A DNA stretch of 64,000 nt from Chloroflexota bacterium. GTDB taxonomy: Bacteria; Chloroflexota; Dehalococcoidia; Bin125. The stretch covers positions 52,611-116,610 of the forward strand of contig JAPPJZ010000062.1 in the NCBI GenBank assembly GCA_028874365.1, given 5' to 3'. How positions within the stretch are numbered: the first letter of the stretch is position 1; each line of letters begins with the position of its first letter. The notes beneath the pieces were generated by a model. That model was given only the letters and a program-made list of their open reading frames with translations, was not told where the DNA came from and ran no database searches. A program made the position numbers and the translations under genes. This document shows, one piece after another, positions 28,783-38,861 of the stretch.

Positions 28783-29742
28783 TCAAATGTCACCCGAACC
28801 GAGCGTGAGCATATGATCGAGTCGCCTGATCAATCGATCCTCGATCAAAGAACGTTCTGATAAGAGAACGCGGGACTGCTTGACTCCGGCCTGGCGGGCG
28901 ACATGTTCAATGACTGATGAACGCGTTAACGGCCCGTCCGACGCTCTCAACAGTGAAAGGATCATCCCGCGTAGCTCGCGTTGGGAGCCCGCGAACCGAC
29001 CCTGAGCCCGGCCCGCTGCTGGCCGCTGCCCGGCCCGGAACTTCGCTTCCGCTACACAAAGTGTTGCTAGCGGACAGAGATCACACTTAGGAGTCGGTGT
29101 ACAGATTGATGCGCCAAAGTCCATCAACGCAGGATTCCAGCGAGTTGCTTGACTATCTGGTAACAGCCGCTCCGCTGCCCAACCGATGTGAGCGCTCGGC
29201 GTGTCATTCGCAGGTTGTAGATCGCCAAACAACAAGCGTCCGAGGACTCGAACGATGTTGGTGTCGACAGCCGGCGCATCGATGCCGTGTCCAAAGTTGA
29301 GTACAATCGCCGCCGTGAATGGACCGACGCCCGGCAACGATTCCAGTAGCGTCCGCTCGCTCGGCATCCGGCCGTCGTAATGTTCACAAACGATCGTCGC
29401 GGTGCGGTGGAGGTACACCGCTCGCCGTGGATAGCCCGCTCGACCCCAGACCCGAATCGCGTCGGCGTCCGAGGCCTCGGCAAGATCCCGGATCGTCGGA
29501 AACGCTGCCATCCAGCGTTCGTAGATCTGCAGGACGCGCGACATCTGTGTCTGCTGTGCCGCCACCGCTGCCACGAGCGCCGCGTATGGGTCGCGAGCGT
29601 TCCGCCAAGGGAACGGTTGCTCATGCTCGGCGTACCACGCCAGTAGACGCTTGCGTATCGCCCCCAACCGCTGCGGCGAGAGCGGACGAGGCAGTTCCGG
29701 TTCGGCGCTCCTCCCGGGCATGCTGCTCAGGTCAAACCGCAC
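28783..29742 (-). CDS. mutY: A/G-specific adenine DNA glycosylase
   Basis: HhH-GPD motif LPGVGPFTAAIV, 4Fe-4S loop CTPTPKCDLCPLATLC, C-terminal NUDIX-like domain. Confidence 0.85.
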   Translation of the reverse strand: MRFDLSSMPGRSAEPELPRPLSPQRLGAIRKRLLAWYAEHEQPFPWRNARDPYAALVAAVAAQQTQMSRVLQIYERWMAAFPTIRDLAEASDADAIRVWGRAGYPRRAVYLHRTATIVCEHYDGRMPSERTLLESLPGVGPFTAAIVLNFGHGIDAPAVDTNIVRVLGRLLFGDLQPANDTPSAHIGWAAERLLPDSQATRWNPALMDFGASICTPTPKCDLCPLATLCVAEAKFRAGQRPAAGRAQGRFAGSQRELRGMILSLLRASDGPLTRSSVIEHVARQAGVKQSRVLLSERSLIEDRLIRRLDHMLTLGSGDI

Positions 29743-30020
29743 ATGTCGTCAAAGCAGTCCCGGCCGACCGGCGTGACGTACACCCGGTACGACGACTCAC
29801 CTATATGGGTCAAATCAACGAGTCCGTGTTCCGCCAGCTTGGCCAGCACGCCCGGGTGATAGCCCTGGTGCTGCAGGGCCGGTCGAAACACCAGCCCCTC
29901 CTCCCCGACCGCGTCATCCACCACGATCGCCGTCGGATCCGGCGGATCTTGCAACGCCATCAGATCCGCCAGCAGGGCGCAGTGGTACTCGTTCAGTCGG
30001 ACATGACGAAACTGGATCAC
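29727..30020 (-). CDS. hypothetical 97-aa protein, overlaps mutY start and HEPN stop
   Basis: High GC3 (coding-like); 16-nt overlap with mutY, 4-nt overlap with HEPN gene. Confidence 0.4.
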   Translation of the reverse strand: MIQFRHVRLNEYHCALLADLMALQDPPDPTAIVVDDAVGEEGLVFRPALQHQGYHPGVLAKLAEHGLVDLTHIGESSYRVYVTPVGRDCFDDMCGLT

Positions 30021-30427
30021 GATTCGAGCGAGCTGAGTTTGGTCGAGACGAACTCAACAACGTCCTGGGCGATCTCAACCGCGCGTGCCGAGTCGACCTG
30101 ATCGTAGACTTCGTGAGGCACGCCGCCCGGCAGCCCGGTCGGATAGCGCGTCGGATGGTGATACTTGTCCAGCAGCATCGCCACCGTTTTGATCACGTCG
30201 AACGACGTATCGAACTGCATCGCGTCCTCGCACAGGTCGGAGAGCGCGTGTCCCCAGACATGATCGGCGCCGCGAGCGAACAGGTAGCCGGCCACCGCCT
30301 TCTCGCCTGCCTGCTGACACAGAAAGCACGCCAGCGCGTGGAAGCCGCCCGACGCTGCGTGCTCGGCCGCCTCCAGATCGTGTCGTGCCTGCGCCAGCCA
30401 ACGCTCCGACTCCGCTCGCCCGCTCAC
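30017..30427 (-). CDS. HEPN-domain protein (toxin of HEPN/MNT pair)
   Basis: ARHDLEAAE...ACFLCQQAGEKAVAGYL typical HEPN helices. Confidence 0.8.
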   Translation of the reverse strand: MSGRAESERWLAQARHDLEAAEHAASGGFHALACFLCQQAGEKAVAGYLFARGADHVWGHALSDLCEDAMQFDTSFDVIKTVAMLLDKYHHPTRYPTGLPGGVPHEVYDQVDSARAVEIAQDVVEFVSTKLSSLES

Positions 30428-30762
30428 ACGATCACCGCATCACTGAGCCGCGTCGCTTCGACGATCACGCGATCCGTTTCGCAGAGTTCCGCGAACTCGT
30501 CCGGCGTGTAGACGATGAACGATGTGCCGACCTGGGGTCTCAAATGCGTCTGGAAGAAATCCGACCGGTGATGAAACGGCCGCTCGGTCTCGTGCACGAT
30601 CAGCAATTCGAGCTCGGACTCCGGTCCAACCGTGTTGCGTGCCAGATCCCCCGCTAGCCAGAACCGTTCAGCGCCAAGCTGGCGCATGGCCCCGGCGATA
30701 CGCAGGAACTCGGCCTCAAGTTGCTGACGGCGATGCGTGGCGAAACCGAACACCATCGGCAT
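30424..30762 (-). CDS. minimal nucleotidyltransferase (MNT, antitoxin partner)
   Basis: GDLARNTVGPESELELLIV NTase core; 4-nt overlap with HEPN gene. Confidence 0.8.
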   Translation of the reverse strand: MPMVFGFATHRRQQLEAEFLRIAGAMRQLGAERFWLAGDLARNTVGPESELELLIVHETERPFHHRSDFFQTHLRPQVGTSFIVYTPDEFAELCETDRVIVEATRLSDAVIV

Positions 30763-30791
30763 CGGTTCCGCCCGATCCGTTGATGTCCGAG

Positions 30792-31814
30792 CTACGTCGT
30801 CGACAGCGTCGGGGCGCGCAGCTCGGCCATGATCTGATTCTCGGACAGCGCTTCCGCGTCCTTCTTGAAGATCTGCACGCGGTGGCTGCCGAAGTCACAA
30901 ACGTACAGCCGACCCTCGTGATAGCGCACGCCCTGCGGGAAGCGCAGCAGTTTCTGCTCTTCCAACGATGTCATCTCGCGCAGGCGCAGCGTCTTCTGGT
31001 TGGCGCGAATGTACTCGCGACCCATCCGACCTAGCGTCGCCGCGCCGTAGAACGACTCCACGTAGCGGCCCCGATGGTCGTACATCACTACGCGATGTTT
31101 GTTCCGTTCCGCGACATACAGGTCGCCATGTTCGTCGACCGCCACGCCGCACGGCCGAACCACTTCGTAGCCCGGTCGCGTGCCGAAATCCATGATGTGC
31201 TCGCCCGACGCCGTCAGTTTCTGCACCCGGTCGTTACGCCAATCCGAGATGTAGACGCTGCCTTCCGCGTCGAAGGTGATTCCCCACGGCATGTTGAACT
31301 GCCCCGGAGCGTCGCCGAACTCCCCGAATCCGCCGATGTATTCGCCCGCGGACGAGAACTGCTGAATCCGGTGGTTCTGCGTGTCCACCACCCAGACGTT
31401 GCCCTCGGTGTCGAAGGCGAACCCGGACGGACGGTCGAGTTGACCTGGATCCGAACCGTGCTCGCCCCACTGGTTCAGCTTCTCGCCCTCCGGCGAGTAC
31501 GTCGTGATGTTGTGGTTGCCCTCATCGAGGACGTGCAGATTCCCGTCCTCGGTGCGTAGCAGTCCGACCGGCCACAGGTGACCCGTGTCGGCCATCGTGC
31601 CCAGGTCGCCGTGCGTCAGGTCGTCGCCCAGCTCGTCGTCGTACTTCAACGAGACCATCCGGATGTTCCCGCCGACGCCCAATTCGGTCCGGCCGACCAC
31701 ATAGATGCGATCGTCGCCGACCGCGATGTCGACAGGGAACGTGGTCACTCGGCGCATGCCGAGCACGCGCTCATAGGGGTAGCCGCAGCGCAGCATCGCA
31801 TGTGGAAATGCCAT
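30792..31814 (-). CDS. NHL-repeat beta-propeller protein
   Basis: Six repeats of the (F/Y)xxPxGxAxDxxGxxYVxDxxNxRV type. Confidence 0.75.
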   Translation of the reverse strand: MAFPHAMLRCGYPYERVLGMRRVTTFPVDIAVGDDRIYVVGRTELGVGGNIRMVSLKYDDELGDDLTHGDLGTMADTGHLWPVGLLRTEDGNLHVLDEGNHNITTYSPEGEKLNQWGEHGSDPGQLDRPSGFAFDTEGNVWVVDTQNHRIQQFSSAGEYIGGFGEFGDAPGQFNMPWGITFDAEGSVYISDWRNDRVQKLTASGEHIMDFGTRPGYEVVRPCGVAVDEHGDLYVAERNKHRVVMYDHRGRYVESFYGAATLGRMGREYIRANQKTLRLREMTSLEEQKLLRFPQGVRYHEGRLYVCDFGSHRVQIFKKDAEALSENQIMAELRAPTLSTT

Positions 31815-31841
31815 TGTGGTAGCTCCAATCGCGTCTCGCTT

Positions 31842-31893
31842 CCTCCCCTCGCGTCAGCGGGGGGAGGTGTCCCGTAGGGACGGAGGGGGGCAC
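31842..31893. repeat. family-A nested-hairpin repeat
   Basis: cctcccctcgcgtcagcggggggaggtgtcccgtagggacggaggggggcac. Confidence 0.7.
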
Positions 31894-31977
31894 TGCCCGT
31901 GGACTTGTTGGCGTCGCGCCGCTCCTCGGCCGTCCCCCTCTGTCTTCTGCATCGCCCCGTACGGGCAGAATCCGAAC

Positions 31978-33141
31978 CTAGTTCGACAGCATCGTCTGCT
32001 TGAACGGGCGAACCTGCTCAAAATCGCCGACCACGATCTCTTCCGGCTCGACGCCCATCCACTGCTCGAGCATCGTGCCGTAGATCCCGCGGAAGTCGAC
32101 TGTGTGCTTCAAGTCCTCGCCGTTCAACCAGTCCTTCGGATCGATCGACGGGTACTCCGCGTAGAGACCGCCCTCGACGTGCTCGCCGATGATGAACGCG
32201 CCGCCCCCGGATCCGTGGTCGGTGCCCGAGCCGTTGTCCTTCATCCGTCGACCAAACTCCGTGAACACCAGGACGGCAACCTCTTCGGCCGCGTCGTGCT
32301 CGCGCAGGTCGGTCAGGAAGTCGTCAAGCGCGCCGGTCATGTCGCGCAGCAGCCCGGGGTGAACGGGCGGCTGATGGGAGTGTGTGTCGTAACCGATGTG
32401 GTTCGTATAGAAGACCCGAGCCCCCAGCCCCGCCGTGTGAATCCGAGCCACGTCGCGCAGCGCCTGCGCGATCGGGTTCGAGCCGTACTCGACTGACGAC
32501 TCGTACATGCCCGGAGCCGGGGCCAGCATGTCCGCGCCGGCCAACGAGTCGATCCCCGTCTGACGCAGGTAGTCCATGACCATCCCCGCGCCGATTGCCG
32601 GCGTGTACATCCGCTTGAAGATCTCGAGGTCGCGGTTACGGTCTTCTTCGGCCTGGATATCAGGCATCAGACCGTAGTTGTCGAGGTCGCCGACCGAGGT
32701 GGCCGTCACGCCCGCGGCGACCATCGCCCGCGGCAGACCTCGGCCGATGTTGATCCCGGTCAACGGGTTCTCCGACTGCGGGTCGAGCCGCTGGATCAGC
32801 TTCGCCACCCAACCTTCGGTCGAGATCCGGTCCGGCTCGCACGTGTGCAGGATGTCCATGCCGCGGAAGTGCGAGCGTGACGAGTTCGGATAGCCAATGC
32901 CCTGGATCACGGCGACGTCGCCGTTGTCGTACATCTTCTTCATCCGCTCGGCGGCCGGATTGAAGCCCAACTCATCGTTGATCGGCATGACCTCGTCCTG
33001 AGGAACGCCAACCAGCGGTCGCGCATCGTAGTAATGGCCCTGGTTGTACGGCACCAGGGTGTTCATGAAGTCGTTCCCGCCCGAAAGCTGGACGATGACC
33101 AGGACGGGATCCTTCTTTTCGCTGTGTCCGTTGCCGCTCAT
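31978..33141 (-). CDS. DUF1501 (sulfatase-like) protein
   Basis: VLVIVQLSGGNDFMNTLVPY and C-terminal GTDHGSGG motif; 387 aa. Confidence 0.85.
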   Translation of the reverse strand: MSGNGHSEKKDPVLVIVQLSGGNDFMNTLVPYNQGHYYDARPLVGVPQDEVMPINDELGFNPAAERMKKMYDNGDVAVIQGIGYPNSSRSHFRGMDILHTCEPDRISTEGWVAKLIQRLDPQSENPLTGINIGRGLPRAMVAAGVTATSVGDLDNYGLMPDIQAEEDRNRDLEIFKRMYTPAIGAGMVMDYLRQTGIDSLAGADMLAPAPGMYESSVEYGSNPIAQALRDVARIHTAGLGARVFYTNHIGYDTHSHQPPVHPGLLRDMTGALDDFLTDLREHDAAEEVAVLVFTEFGRRMKDNGSGTDHGSGGGAFIIGEHVEGGLYAEYPSIDPKDWLNGEDLKHTVDFRGIYGTMLEQWMGVEPEEIVVGDFEQVRPFKQTMLSN

Positions 33142-33175
33142 TAGCTTGTTCCGTTCCGTTGCTTGCGTTGGTCCG

Positions 33176-33210
33176 CTCTCCCCCTGGGAGAGGGATGGGG
33201 TGAGGGTTCC
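33176..33210. repeat. family-B hairpin repeat
   Basis: ctctccccctgggagagggatggggtgagggttccc. Confidence 0.65.
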
Positions 33211-34608
33211 CTATGCGAACTGGTACTCAGGTGACGCGATCACCAGCCGCAGCGCCTGGGCAGCGCGCTGGCCCGCTTCCTCGACCGCGTCGTCGCCGTC
33301 GAACGACAACTCGCCGCCCGCCGACGCCGCCTCGAGCAGCGCCGCTCGGGTGTTGTCCGAGACCTCCAGCGGTCCAGCGAAATCGAGTGTTGCGTTGACG
33401 AGCTCTTCGGGACTGCTCGCCCCGATCTCCTGCAGCCGACTGACCAGCTCCTGTACGCCTGGCGCAGACGTGTCGGAGACGAGCTTCGAGGCGAAGTTGA
33501 TCCGCTCCATCAGCGTGCCGCCGTCGATCCATTCCTTGCCCGTGTGCCAGCCTTCGACCGACGGTGGGTCCATCAGGCTCTGGCCCATCGCGCCCATCGT
33601 CATGTGCAGATTCCACATCTCGGCTTGCGGCACTCCGAGCTTGCCCGACAGCTTGTATGCGCCGGCCACCCATTCGGCCGGACACTTGACGCGCTCGTAA
33701 CGAGCCTCTTTGAACCACTCCGCGTTGAACAGCACGCGCATCACTGCGCGCAGGTCGCCGTTCGACTCCGCGAAGGCGGACGCAAGCTCGGCCACAGCCT
33801 CGGGATTGCCCGGGTCGGTCACCGACCAGGCCGACACGCCCGGCTCGTCCTTGACGAAGAAGTTGTACAGGTGTCGCCCGATGAAGCGGCCTGTCGCCGG
33901 CTGCTGGACGATGATGTCGATGATGTCCTCGCCGTTGAAATTGCCCGTGTGGCCGAGGAACTCCTTCTCCGAGTGATCGTGCAAATCGTCGCGATACACG
34001 AAGCGCGCCGGGTATCCGCCGTGCGGGTAGAGCGGAATCGGCTGCTCGAACGTCCAGCCGGTGAAGCTGTACGCCGCCGCCTTGATGTCGTCCTCGGTGT
34101 AGTTGCCCACACCCATCGAGAACAGCTCAAGCAGTTCGCGACCGTAGTTCTCGTTCGGGGCGCCGACAACCGACTCGCTGTTGTCCAACCAGAAGATCAT
34201 CAACGGGTCGCGCGACAGTTCCGTCAACAGCACGCGCATGTTGGCCAGACCGTGCTCGCGGAACATCTGGATATGCACCGGCATGGACGGTCCGTGCTCC
34301 GACTTGAACCAGGCCGTGGCGAAAACGTGGTGCCAGAACAGTGCCATCTTCTCGCGCAGCGGCGACTCCGAGTTGACCATCCAGTAGATCCAGCGGCCGC
34401 TCCACGGCCACGGTGTATCCGAATTGGCCAACGCCGGGAAGTAGCGGAAGACCAGGTCGTCGTCGTCCTCGGCCATCGTCGGATTGATCAGGTCCTCGAC
34501 AATGTCGGCGTATGGTCGCTTCGCTAGCTCGTCCAGTTCAGCGGGTGTCACGCCCGCCCCGGCGCGACGCATCAGGTGGGCGACCAGCGCTCGTTGGTCG
34601 TCTGACAT
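33211..34608 (-). CDS. DUF1800 protein (partner of DUF1501)
   Basis: Conserved FWHHVFATA... region; preferred start MSDDQRA at 34608 (GGAGAGG SD); alternative ATG at 34659. Confidence 0.75.
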   Translation of the reverse strand: MSDDQRALVAHLMRRAGAGVTPAELDELAKRPYADIVEDLINPTMAEDDDDLVFRYFPALANSDTPWPWSGRWIYWMVNSESPLREKMALFWHHVFATAWFKSEHGPSMPVHIQMFREHGLANMRVLLTELSRDPLMIFWLDNSESVVGAPNENYGRELLELFSMGVGNYTEDDIKAAAYSFTGWTFEQPIPLYPHGGYPARFVYRDDLHDHSEKEFLGHTGNFNGEDIIDIIVQQPATGRFIGRHLYNFFVKDEPGVSAWSVTDPGNPEAVAELASAFAESNGDLRAVMRVLFNAEWFKEARYERVKCPAEWVAGAYKLSGKLGVPQAEMWNLHMTMGAMGQSLMDPPSVEGWHTGKEWIDGGTLMERINFASKLVSDTSAPGVQELVSRLQEIGASSPEELVNATLDFAGPLEVSDNTRAALLEAASAGGELSFDGDDAVEEAGQRAAQALRLVIASPEYQFA

Positions 34609-34776
34609 ATGTGGCACCTCTCCAGAAACGTCCGTGCGCGGGTACGAAAAGTCGGTCAAGCCCGCGCGATTGCTCTACAAGCGCAATATAGGACATGAGA
34701 GGCTTCCAATTGAGTACGTGTGCGTACCATTTCGATTGACTTTGCGGCGCGTGTTGGTTCAGCGAGCCAGGAATTC

Positions 34777-34808
34777 GTCATGCCCGCTCTTGCCGCGGGT
34801 ATCTCGAC
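34777..34808. repeat. family-C hairpin repeat
   Basis: gtcatgcccgctcttgccgcgggtatctcg, 26/30 match to 18496-18525. Confidence 0.6.
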
Positions 34809-34961
34809 CAAATGGGCACGGACTTCAATCACACCGTGGCGAGATTGCTGCGACGGAACGCGGCAATGACGAGGTGACAGTCGACTGGTTTGGGCAGCCC
34901 AACCCGTCGCTATACTGCGCAGCAACTTCAGCAATTCCGTACTCAGTGCCTGGAGCGCTCT

Positions 34962-36716
34962 ATGGGCCTGCACAAGACATCCGGTACCGGCGACAGCGGT
35001 TCGTCCCCCGACTACATGGACCGCAAGACCGCAGCCGCCTACGACCGCTACCGCGAGACCGTCGTCGGACGCGACAACGCCTCTGCGCTCCACCAGGCTT
35101 TTGACCTGATCAAGGACGGCCGACCGACCACCGAGATCCTCTCCGAGACGATTCGCGCGCACGCTCCCTACACCCACGTGCCATACCACCAGCGAATCGA
35201 CTCCGGAATCGTCCGCTTCGTCAACAACGACCACTGCCTGCTCTCCTCACGCGCAACGCTCGGTCTGCAGAACATGGTCTCCGAGGAGATGCGCCACCTG
35301 CCGCTCAGCCAGACCGCCTGGTACGTGCCCACCGGCCTCGATATCTGGAACCAGCTGAAGGGCCGCATGCCAGGTCATTACTCGCGCCGCACTTACGACC
35401 CCGCCAAGTACCCCGACGGCCCGGCCCCGCCCGCCGCTCACTGGGACGACCAGGAACCGGCCGACTACGACGGCTCGCTCGAGGAGGGCCTCAACGACTG
35501 GCTCACCCTCGTCCAGTACGGACACGTCAACGAGGAGTACTCACTCTTCCTCGGTCTTTGGGAGCAGTTCCCCGAGCGCCGCGAAGAAATCCTCGGCCAG
35601 ATGATGTTCGCCGGCCTGATCGACGTCCAGGACCGGATGTTCTGGAACCGCTCTTACACCACCGGCCACAAGTCCTTCCGCGCCCGCAGCACCATCCAGC
35701 TCGGACGCGCGATCGGCTGGGACAACGCCCACCACGTGCTCTACGCCGGCGTGCCCGACATCGCCGTCGGCCCGCGCTGGTACTCGCTCTTCGAGTCCGC
35801 CTGTCAGATCATGATGTACCACCTCGAGGAAGAGCCGCCCGCCTCGTCGCTCAACGCGACCCAGACCTCAACCCGAGACCAGCAACTCTTCAAGAACCAG
35901 ATCCCGCTCTCGCCGCCCGAGGCCGAAGGCCTGATCCGCTCCATCATCCGCGAGCCTGAGGAATCCTACATCGAAGACATCGTCGCGCTGCTCAAGGCCG
36001 GCCGCTCGCCCAAGTCAATCCTCGACGCCATCCAGATCGCCGCCGCCCGCGTCGTGCTCGAATGCGGCCTGCCCGCCAACTTCTCGATGCCCCAGCACGG
36101 CTACGAGTACACCAACATGCTCGGCTGGTTCTACGAGAACTTCGACCACCCGCACAAGACCAAGCTGCTCTTCATCGCCGCCAACTTCATCAACCAATGC
36201 GCGCATTGGGTGACCAACTCCAAGGGCAACAAGACCCGTGGCGCCGCCACCTACTTCGCCGGCTACTCGATGGACGAGGACGCACCGCCGATGACGCAGG
36301 GCAAGCTCCTCGGCGAACTCAACGAGGCCATGCTCGCCCTCGACACCGAGCAATCCGTCTTCTGGGTCGAGAACTATCTCAAGCAGGGCTACGACGACGG
36401 TCCGCTCGTCGAGACCCTCGCCGACGGCATCGCCAAACAAGGCAACGATCCGCACAACCAGGAAATCGGCCTCTGCATGCTCGAGGACTACCGGCGCACC
36501 ACCTCCGAGATGCGCAACACCCTGTTGCTCTCGGCTGCCCATCACACGGCCGGTCACATGAAGTACGGCGACCAGTACGAGTCCTATCGCTACTTCGCCG
36601 ACGCGTTCGACATGCAGGTTGAGGACGGCTGCCTCGGCGAGACTCCCGTCATCGAGAACCTCGCCGACGACGTCGAGGCCGAACTGCTGGTCTCGGATCC
36701 CGCGAGGGCGACATAG
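34962..36716 (+). CDS. hypothetical soluble protein (~584 aa), no recognisable domain
   Basis: Long ORF with strong GC3 bias; start at MGLHKTS (track ORF begins 34890); no TM segments. Confidence 0.5.
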   Translation: MGLHKTSGTGDSGSSPDYMDRKTAAAYDRYRETVVGRDNASALHQAFDLIKDGRPTTEILSETIRAHAPYTHVPYHQRIDSGIVRFVNNDHCLLSSRATLGLQNMVSEEMRHLPLSQTAWYVPTGLDIWNQLKGRMPGHYSRRTYDPAKYPDGPAPPAAHWDDQEPADYDGSLEEGLNDWLTLVQYGHVNEEYSLFLGLWEQFPERREEILGQMMFAGLIDVQDRMFWNRSYTTGHKSFRARSTIQLGRAIGWDNAHHVLYAGVPDIAVGPRWYSLFESACQIMMYHLEEEPPASSLNATQTSTRDQQLFKNQIPLSPPEAEGLIRSIIREPEESYIEDIVALLKAGRSPKSILDAIQIAAARVVLECGLPANFSMPQHGYEYTNMLGWFYENFDHPHKTKLLFIAANFINQCAHWVTNSKGNKTRGAATYFAGYSMDEDAPPMTQGKLLGELNEAMLALDTEQSVFWVENYLKQGYDDGPLVETLADGIAKQGNDPHNQEIGLCMLEDYRRTTSEMRNTLLLSAAHHTAGHMKYGDQYESYRYFADAFDMQVEDGCLGETPVIENLADDVEAELLVSDPARAT

Positions 36717-36772
36717 CTGGGCGTCATCTCGGCCTCACAGATCGCCCGTTATGAGTGGTACGATCTGCTGAC

Positions 36773-37795
36773 ATGACAACCGCCGAGCTCTCCAGCCGCG
36801 CTACCGACGACGAACCGGAACCACCACATAGTCTGGTCCGGCTGTCCGACGGTCGAGCCCTGAGCTGGACCGAGTATGGCGATCCCACAGGCGAGCCGAT
36901 CTTCTTCCACCACGGACTGCCCTCGTCCCGTGTTGCGGCGGCCGTCATGGCCGACGGCGCCGCACAGTCGGGCGTCCGCCTGATCGCACCGGAGCGGCCC
37001 GGATTCGGTTACTCCGACCCGCTGCCCGGGCGCACAATCTTCGATTGGCCCTCCGACCTGCGCCAGCTCGCTGACTACCTGGAACTCGAAAAGTTCTCCG
37101 TCGCTGGCATCTCCGCCGGCCTGCCCTACACCCTGGCCTGTGCCCTGCTCATGCCCGAGCGCCTCCACCGGGTCGCCTCGATCTCCGGGCTCGGAGTCAT
37201 CGACTCCGGTGAAGTTCTCGAAGGCATGTCCTATGAGTGGCGTCTGATCTACACGCTCTTCCTCAAGTCGCAGCGTCTCGCTTCACTCTGGATGCGCGGT
37301 TACGGCCGTTCCGTGCAGAAGCGCCCGGATCGCGTCGTCGCCGAGCAGATCAAGCGCATGCCGCCGGTCGACGGAGCAGTCCTCGGCTCCGAGCCCACCA
37401 GGACGAACCGAATCACCGACCTCCGCGAGGCCTTCCGCCAGGGTCCGGCCGCCGCCGGCGACGAAGCCCGCCATCACCTCGAGCCCTGGGGCTTCGAGCT
37501 GCGCGACATCGATTTCCCCGTCATGCTCTGGCACGGCATGCTCGACGAGTCGCACCCAATCCAGATGGGCGAGCGCATCGCCTCAGAACTCCCGCAGTGC
37601 CGCCCGATCTACGTCGAGGGCGTCGGTTCCCTCGGCTTCATCGAACACGCCGAGTCAATCTTCAACGAACTCTTCAGCCCACGTCCACGAGTCCGACACA
37701 GCGTCAGCCCGGTCGAGGCCGCCGCCGTCGACGAGGAAGCCGACATCTTCGCCGGCCTCCTCGAAGTCCTCCCAGAACCCCTCGCGGGCGAATAG
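36773..37795 (+). CDS. alpha/beta-fold hydrolase
   Basis: HGLPSSR oxyanion, GISAGLPY nucleophile elbow. Confidence 0.75.
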   Translation: MTTAELSSRATDDEPEPPHSLVRLSDGRALSWTEYGDPTGEPIFFHHGLPSSRVAAAVMADGAAQSGVRLIAPERPGFGYSDPLPGRTIFDWPSDLRQLADYLELEKFSVAGISAGLPYTLACALLMPERLHRVASISGLGVIDSGEVLEGMSYEWRLIYTLFLKSQRLASLWMRGYGRSVQKRPDRVVAEQIKRMPPVDGAVLGSEPTRTNRITDLREAFRQGPAAAGDEARHHLEPWGFELRDIDFPVMLWHGMLDESHPIQMGERIASELPQCRPIYVEGVGSLGFIEHAESIFNELFSPRPRVRHSVSPVEAAAVDEEADIFAGLLEVLPEPLAGE

Positions 37796-37799
37796 CCGA

Positions 37800-38615
37800 T
37801 CAGCCCCTCGCCCAGTTCAGGCTGTTCTTCAGCAGCCGACCGTACTCCTCGGTCTCCCACGTGAACCGCAACGTGCGCGGCATCTCGCCGTCTGCGTCGC
37901 GCGCGTTCTCTTCGACAAACGGCTGTGAGTTCGTCAGCGGCGAGTGACAGTGACCCAGCGCGATGTAGCAGACCCCGCCTTCTCCGATCCCGCGCGTGTA
38001 GCCGAAGACCCGCGTGATGCCGTCAGCTTCAAGCGCCGTGTCTTCCTCGTAGTCGAAGCCGAAGTCGGGATAGTTGTCCGGACCGATCGGCGCCGTTAAC
38101 AGGATGTCGGTGTTCGGCCGATCCGTGATCTCAATCATGTACGGCTCGTCGATTACATCGAACTGCTCCGGGAGCCCTTCGAGAATCGGCGAGTCCACGC
38201 TCTTCACGTCGACCGTGAATCGCTTGATCGGCGGGTGATTGATGAAGAAGCCGCCCAGCGTCTCGTGGTGCTCCATCTTCACCATCGCCCGCTTGCCCTC
38301 GCCGATTCGTGCGGCCTTGCCGCCCGACGTCCCATGCAACCCGACCCAGTGTCCGCCGTTGCCAATCCAGTCGCGCAGGATCTCGTTCTGCGGGTCGTCT
38401 GCGTATGGACCGGCCGTGTAGGTGATCAGCACGTCGGTCACCGGCAACCACTTCCACATATCAGTGAAGTCGTTACCGGTCGTCGCCCGCACGTTGCCAT
38501 CCGAGTACAGCATGTCGAGCAGTCGCAGGCGGGCAAAGTCCATGTCATGACCACCGTGCTGTCCCGGCGGAAAGCCACCCGTCACCACATGTACGCGAGT
38601 CGGTGCGCTGGCCAT
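37800..38615 (-). CDS. ThuA-like (class-I glutamine-amidotransferase-fold) protein
   Basis: ThuA pattern ...GGHWVGLHGTSGG... and GYTRGIGEGGVCYIALGH. Confidence 0.75.
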   Translation of the reverse strand: MASAPTRVHVVTGGFPPGQHGGHDMDFARLRLLDMLYSDGNVRATTGNDFTDMWKWLPVTDVLITYTAGPYADDPQNEILRDWIGNGGHWVGLHGTSGGKAARIGEGKRAMVKMEHHETLGGFFINHPPIKRFTVDVKSVDSPILEGLPEQFDVIDEPYMIEITDRPNTDILLTAPIGPDNYPDFGFDYEEDTALEADGITRVFGYTRGIGEGGVCYIALGHCHSPLTNSQPFVEENARDADGEMPRTLRFTWETEEYGRLLKNSLNWARG

Positions 38616-38690
38616 CTTGACCTCATTTCAGGTTCAGCATCGAGCGATGGCCAAATGATAGGCGAACCACGAATCGGCCGAATCTCCACT

Positions 38691-38742
38691 CCCCTCTCCC
38701 CCCGCGCAGCGGGGGGAGATGCCGAAGGCAGAGGGGGGCACT
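38691..38742. repeat. family-A nested-hairpin repeat (identical to 22757 copy)
   Basis: See 22757-22807. Confidence 0.8.
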
Positions 38743-38861
38743 CCAAGCCGTCGCTCTCCCGACCCGGGAACTATATCCCGCTTTACATCGTCTAGCTCCC
38801 TAACGGGGCGGCAGCCGGTCGTCAATCTGGCGCCCCGAGAACAGTCGGTCAGGAGGACCAC

